Of a stretch of 64,000 nucleotides of DNA, positions 60,307-64,000 are shown one piece after another. Positions within the stretch are counted from its first letter, which is position 1, and every line of letters starts with the position of its first letter. A program made the translations under genes and the position numbers. This stretch comes from Leptonemataceae bacterium (GTDB taxonomy: Bacteria > Spirochaetota > Leptospiria > Leptospirales > Leptonemataceae), in the NCBI GenBank assembly GCA_965227295.1, contig OZ245742.1, forward strand, positions 3,648,001 to 3,712,000, in the 5' to 3' direction. The notes beneath the pieces are model-generated. The model searched no databases, was not told the DNA's origin, and saw only the letters and a list, made by a program, of their open reading frames with translations.

Positions 60307-61140
60307 TCAATCGGACCCGGTCACGGTCCGGGTTGTCGTATCCGTTGCGGCCAGGATGCTTTCGCTGAACTCCGCGGGCATGGAGAAAAACGGCGAGTGC
60401 CCGGACTTCAGTTCGATCACCTCGTCGCAACGGCTATCTTTCAGCATCCGTCTCTGCAAGGCCGGGGTTACGGCGCGGTCTTCGGTGCAGAGTAAGTAGA
60501 TCTTACGCACGCTTCCGTAGCGACTTTCACTGAGGCGCAGCGGTGTGAAGCCGGCCCAGTTCGGTTCCGGCTGGAGCAGGGCGTTCGCGAGTTCTGTGAT
60601 TTCCGGATCGCAGTCATGGTACAATGCTTCGCGATACGCCTCGCGCACGAGCCTATGTGTTTGCCGGGAGGCCGGCAACAGCCGCGGCAACCAGCGTTGC
60701 GCCCAAGGCTTGCGGAAGAACTGCATGAACTTTCGCATTTGCGCCCGCGGAGTTTTCGGAGAAACGTTCTGCACAACCAGCGAGCCCTGATCCAGTGCGG
60801 CGTAGTCCATCATGCTCTTGCCGTTCGGGACGAGATAGGCGGCGACATAGACCAGTGCCGCGATGCGTTCCGGCACGCGCTCGGCCGTCTGGGAAATCAC
60901 GATCCCGTTTCGGCTGTGCGCCACGAGGACGATCGGCCCGTCGATCCCGTCGATGGTCCGCACGACGGCGTTCACGTTGGCTTCCAGTGAACAGCGATGC
61001 GGCGGGGTAGTATCCAGACCGTGGCCGGGAAGATCCAGGGCGATCACACGATGGCCGGCGGCCTCAAACAGCGGAGCGACGCGATGCCAGTTCCACGCCG
61101 CGTGAAAGGAGCCGTGCAGAAAAACGTAGGTGGTTTGCAT
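60307..61140 (-). CDS. Alpha/beta hydrolase (methylesterase-like)
   Basis: 'FLHGSFHAAWNW', 'DLPGHG', 'AHSRNG', 'SGHSPF'. Confidence 0.9.
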   Translation of the reverse strand: MQTTYVFLHGSFHAAWNWHRVAPLFEAAGHRVIALDLPGHGLDTTPPHRCSLEANVNAVVRTIDGIDGPIVLVAHSRNGIVISQTAERVPERIAALVYVAAYLVPNGKSMMDYAALDQGSLVVQNVSPKTPRAQMRKFMQFFRKPWAQRWLPRLLPASRQTHRLVREAYREALYHDCDPEITELANALLQPEPNWAGFTPLRLSESRYGSVRKIYLLCTEDRAVTPALQRRMLKDSRCDEVIELKSGHSPFFSMPAEFSESILAATDTTTRTVTGSD

Positions 61141-61193
61141 GATGGAAGAGTACCATGCGAATGTCGCGCGCGCTTTCCGATTGTTGCGGTGGC

Positions 61194-64000
61194 CTACAGC
61201 GCGTCCCGCATCTCGAACAACACGGGTGGAACCCAGTCGTCGATGATCGGTTCGCGCGTGCGATTGTCCCGGCCGGCCTGGAAGGCGAGGCGTACGTTGG
61301 TACGTGCGACCTCGTTGTCGAGGTTCATCTGACGCGCCGATTCGATGGCGCGGTAGTAATAACGCAGCGAGTTTTCTTCGAGTTCGCGCAGGTCCTGGAC
61401 GGCGCCGCCGCGCGCGCGGAGTTCGTTGTACTCCTGTTCGTAGACCGCCCCGATGTTGTTGTAGACCGCGGCCAGGGTTAGGAACAGATAACGTTGTTCG
61501 TCGTTCTGGGAGTCCGGCGTTTCGATGTCCTGGGCCAGGCGTTCGAAGTCCGATTGCAATTTCAGATAACTTCCGAGGGAGGCCCGGAGCTGGTCCGTGT
61601 GAAAGTAGGCGTTGCCGCGGCCCATCAACAAAACCGGATCCGCGTCGCCGCCGGTGGAAGCCGGATCGATGGCCTCCCACTGTCGCAGTGATCCCTCGAA
61701 ATCACCGCTCACGTAATCGATCCAGCCGATCCAATACGACATGTTCGTGCGTGCCGTTCCGTCCTTGATGCCTTCCTCGGCGGCGGCGGCGAAGTACTTG
61801 CGGGCTTCCGCCAGCTCGTCGCGGCGCGCCTGCATGGAAGCCGGCTCGGCCTGGTTCTCTCCGTGCGCCGGATAGATGCGCGTGTCCGGAAAACCGATCT
61901 TTGCATCTTTCGTAAAACCGGCGTAACGCAAAAATGCGATGGAGCCCATGTTGTATAAGATCTTTCCGTAATCGCCGGCGATGAGCGTCTCGTCCTCGGG
62001 GCGGTTGCCCGCCGTCTTCTGCCAGTTCTTGTGGATCGCGATGGACTCTTCGAAATACTGAATGGCTTTGTCGAATTCGCGCTGGTTCTTGTAGTACTCG
62101 CCGATGGCGTTCACGGCGAGCCAGTGGCGGCGATCGTGTTTGTGTGCATGCTGGAACTGGCGGAGCGCGCGCAGGGATTCGTTCTGGCGCATGAGATAGC
62201 GGCCGCGCTGATAAAAGCCCTCACCGTAGCTGTCACCCTCGATGGTTTCGCCGTCGCGCTCTTCTTCTTTCTTAAAGACCAGCTCGATCAAGTGCAGCGC
62301 GTTGTCTTTTACGTCCAGGCCGGAGAGCGCATCCACCGGATCCACCTGATACTTGATGCGCAGTTCGTCTTCATCGAGGTCGATGTAAAAACTCGCGAGC
62401 TTTGTCGTCAGGTAGATGGGCAGGTCTTCTTCGAGACCCAGGCTGCGAATCTCCCGGTGCTTGGCCAGGACTCGACGCGGATCGCCGTCGCGCTTCCAGA
62501 TTTCGATGAACGTATTCAGCAGGCCGGCGTGCCCGGCGATCTCCACCGGCGACGAGGCAATGATGCGATCGTACTCCAGCGCCGCCTCGGTGAAGTTGCC
62601 CGCGTTGTAGTGGATGTCGCCGATGCCCGCGATGGCCTCGACGTCGTTTGGTCGATTCATCAACGTGAGAATCAATCGATAGTAGTCGATGGCCAGATCG
62701 TCGTTTTTGTACTTCCGGCCGCCTTCGCCGTTTACGAAGTTCTGCGCGTGGTACGAATGAAAGCGTGCCAGATTCATGAGCGTTTGCCGGCGGAGTTCTC
62801 CGTCGCGGAGCCGGTCGACGATGTAGGCACCGGGAATGACCACGGTGCGCCGAATGTTGCTGCGGTCCGTCATTACGACGCGCACACCGGATTCTTCCGG
62901 AGCAGGATAGGGGACCGGCCACGCCTGTTTCTCCGGGGCGGTGATCAGCGGGGCCCGGCGATTGGGATCGGTCCAGCGGTTGCTGAGAATCGTTTCGCCG
63001 TAGGCAGGCGTCACACGGCCGAAAAGTTTTTCGAATGAGCGATCATAGAGGCCGGCCTTCATGTAGGCGATGCCGTAGCGATTGAGATAATGGCTATCGT
63101 AGCTGCCCCCGGCGGCAACCAGGGCTTCCTGGAACTTTTCCTCGGCGGCCGCGCCCAGGCTTTCGCGCTGGTCGACGTCCGTCCGCGCCTGGTAGAGCAA
63201 CTGCAGGCCCTGTTCGTATTTTCCGGCGATGTCCCAGGAACGGAGCAGTTGAATCGTTCCGATGGTGCCGACCAGGGCGAGGACCGCGGCTCCGACACCG
63301 GCCAGAATGAACTTATTCCGGCGGCGTTTGCGCGCCATCTCCTCGGGACTGAGCTCGTCCGCGTAGATGATCTGAACGCCTTCTTTGGTGACGTTCGAGG
63401 GCGTGATGTCCGGACGATAGCCCAGTCGCGCTTCGATGAAATCGGCGATCTGATCCGGCTCGGCCTGATCGATGATCATGTTCATCAGCAGGCGCTGGTC
63501 CGGCTGACTGATCTTTTCGTTAACTACTACGTCGATGACCGACTTCTTGATGCCCGGCGGATAGTCGGTGAGGGCCTGACGGATTTTGGCGAGGTCCTCG
63601 TCGGTAAACTCGTCGCCGATGCCGGATTCGAGCTGGGCCTGCTCGCTCATGTCGGCCAGGTCACTGGTATCCAGGGTGAGTTCGCCGGGATCCGCGGAGA
63701 TGTCCGGCGGAACACTCAGGTCGTCGCCGAAGTCGCCGAGCTCCCCGCCGAGATCGGGACCGCCGAAGTCGAAATCGTCTCCGCCGGCGTCCGCCGCCGG
63801 AGCCGGAGCCGTGGCATCGTCTTCACCGAAGTCACCGAGATCCCCGCCCAGGTCGCCCCCGGCATCGCCGCCGAAGTCCCCGAGGTCGCCGCCCAGATCG
63901 TCCCCGGTATCGCCGCCGAAGTCTCCGAGGTCGGCGCCGAGATCGCCCCCGGCGTCACCGCCGAAGTCCCCGAGGTCTCCGCCCAGGTCTCCCAGATCCC
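61194..64000 (-). CDS. Large TPR protein, FlcA-like flagellar collar candidate (5' partial)
   Basis: Frame stays open upstream of 63650 to the window edge; acidic low-complexity N-region, one TM, then TPRs. FlcA assignment rests on architecture only. Confidence 0.65.
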   Translation of the reverse strand, partial: DLGDLGGDLGDFGGDAGGDLGADLGDFGGDTGDDLGGDLGDFGGDAGGDLGGDLGDFGEDDATAPAPAADAGGDDFDFGGPDLGGELGDFGDDLSVPPDISADPGELTLDTSDLADMSEQAQLESGIGDEFTDEDLAKIRQALTDYPPGIKKSVIDVVVNEKISQPDQRLLMNMIIDQAEPDQIADFIEARLGYRPDITPSNVTKEGVQIIYADELSPEEMARKRRRNKFILAGVGAAVLALVGTIGTIQLLRSWDIAGKYEQGLQLLYQARTDVDQRESLGAAAEEKFQEALVAAGGSYDSHYLNRYGIAYMKAGLYDRSFEKLFGRVTPAYGETILSNRWTDPNRRAPLITAPEKQAWPVPYPAPEESGVRVVMTDRSNIRRTVVIPGAYIVDRLRDGELRRQTLMNLARFHSYHAQNFVNGEGGRKYKNDDLAIDYYRLILTLMNRPNDVEAIAGIGDIHYNAGNFTEAALEYDRIIASSPVEIAGHAGLLNTFIEIWKRDGDPRRVLAKHREIRSLGLEEDLPIYLTTKLASFYIDLDEDELRIKYQVDPVDALSGLDVKDNALHLIELVFKKEEERDGETIEGDSYGEGFYQRGRYLMRQNESLRALRQFQHAHKHDRRHWLAVNAIGEYYKNQREFDKAIQYFEESIAIHKNWQKTAGNRPEDETLIAGDYGKILYNMGSIAFLRYAGFTKDAKIGFPDTRIYPAHGENQAEPASMQARRDELAEARKYFAAAAEEGIKDGTARTNMSYWIGWIDYVSGDFEGSLRQWEAIDPASTGGDADPVLLMGRGNAYFHTDQLRASLGSYLKLQSDFERLAQDIETPDSQNDEQRYLFLTLAAVYNNIGAVYEQEYNELRARGGAVQDLRELEENSLRYYYRAIESARQMNLDNEVARTNVRLAFQAGRDNRTREPIIDDWVPPVLFEMRDAL
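63826..63989 (-). repeat. Coding 45-bp tandem repeat (15-aa unit DLGGDLGDFGGDAGG, about 3.5-4 copies)
   Basis: Read directly from the minus-strand translation. Confidence 0.85.

Noticed and set aside
61141..61680. 5' extension of the methylesterase-like ORF
   Set aside because: It overlaps the TPR gene in another frame; hydrolase motifs start at Met 61140.

Overview
This is a 64 kb chromosomal segment of a GC-rich spirochaete, most likely Leptospirales. Evidence for that assignment: a P83/100-family gene, mfd followed by a LipL31-like lipoprotein, an FlcA-like TPR protein and a 7TM-SpoIIE phosphatase. Most of the window is housekeeping: guaA, a caa3-type (A2) cytochrome c oxidase operon, fused trehalose-6-P synthase/phosphatase, an Fe-S oxidoreductase, mqnC, mfd, exbB-exbD-exbD-tonB, thiS-thiE and three tRNAs (Leu-UAA, Cys-GCA, Thr-CGU). 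The less ordinary content is: (1) five dispersed copies plus one half-copy of a ~110-120 bp multi-stem palindromic element with compensatory base changes and C(GNA)G loops, each full copy on the sense strand just downstream of a gene; (2) a second 26-bp tripartite repeat family, also sense-oriented at gene 3' ends; (3) a 1898-aa orphan DUF6519-type, tail-fibre-like mosaic protein with no other injection-system or phage genes nearby; (4) an AT-richer frameshifted class III nucleotide cyclase divergent from an Rpn-family nuclease that may have an internal antitoxin start; (5) a trehalose synthase gene that appears to need a CTG start codon. All calls come from motif recognition by eye; no searches were run.
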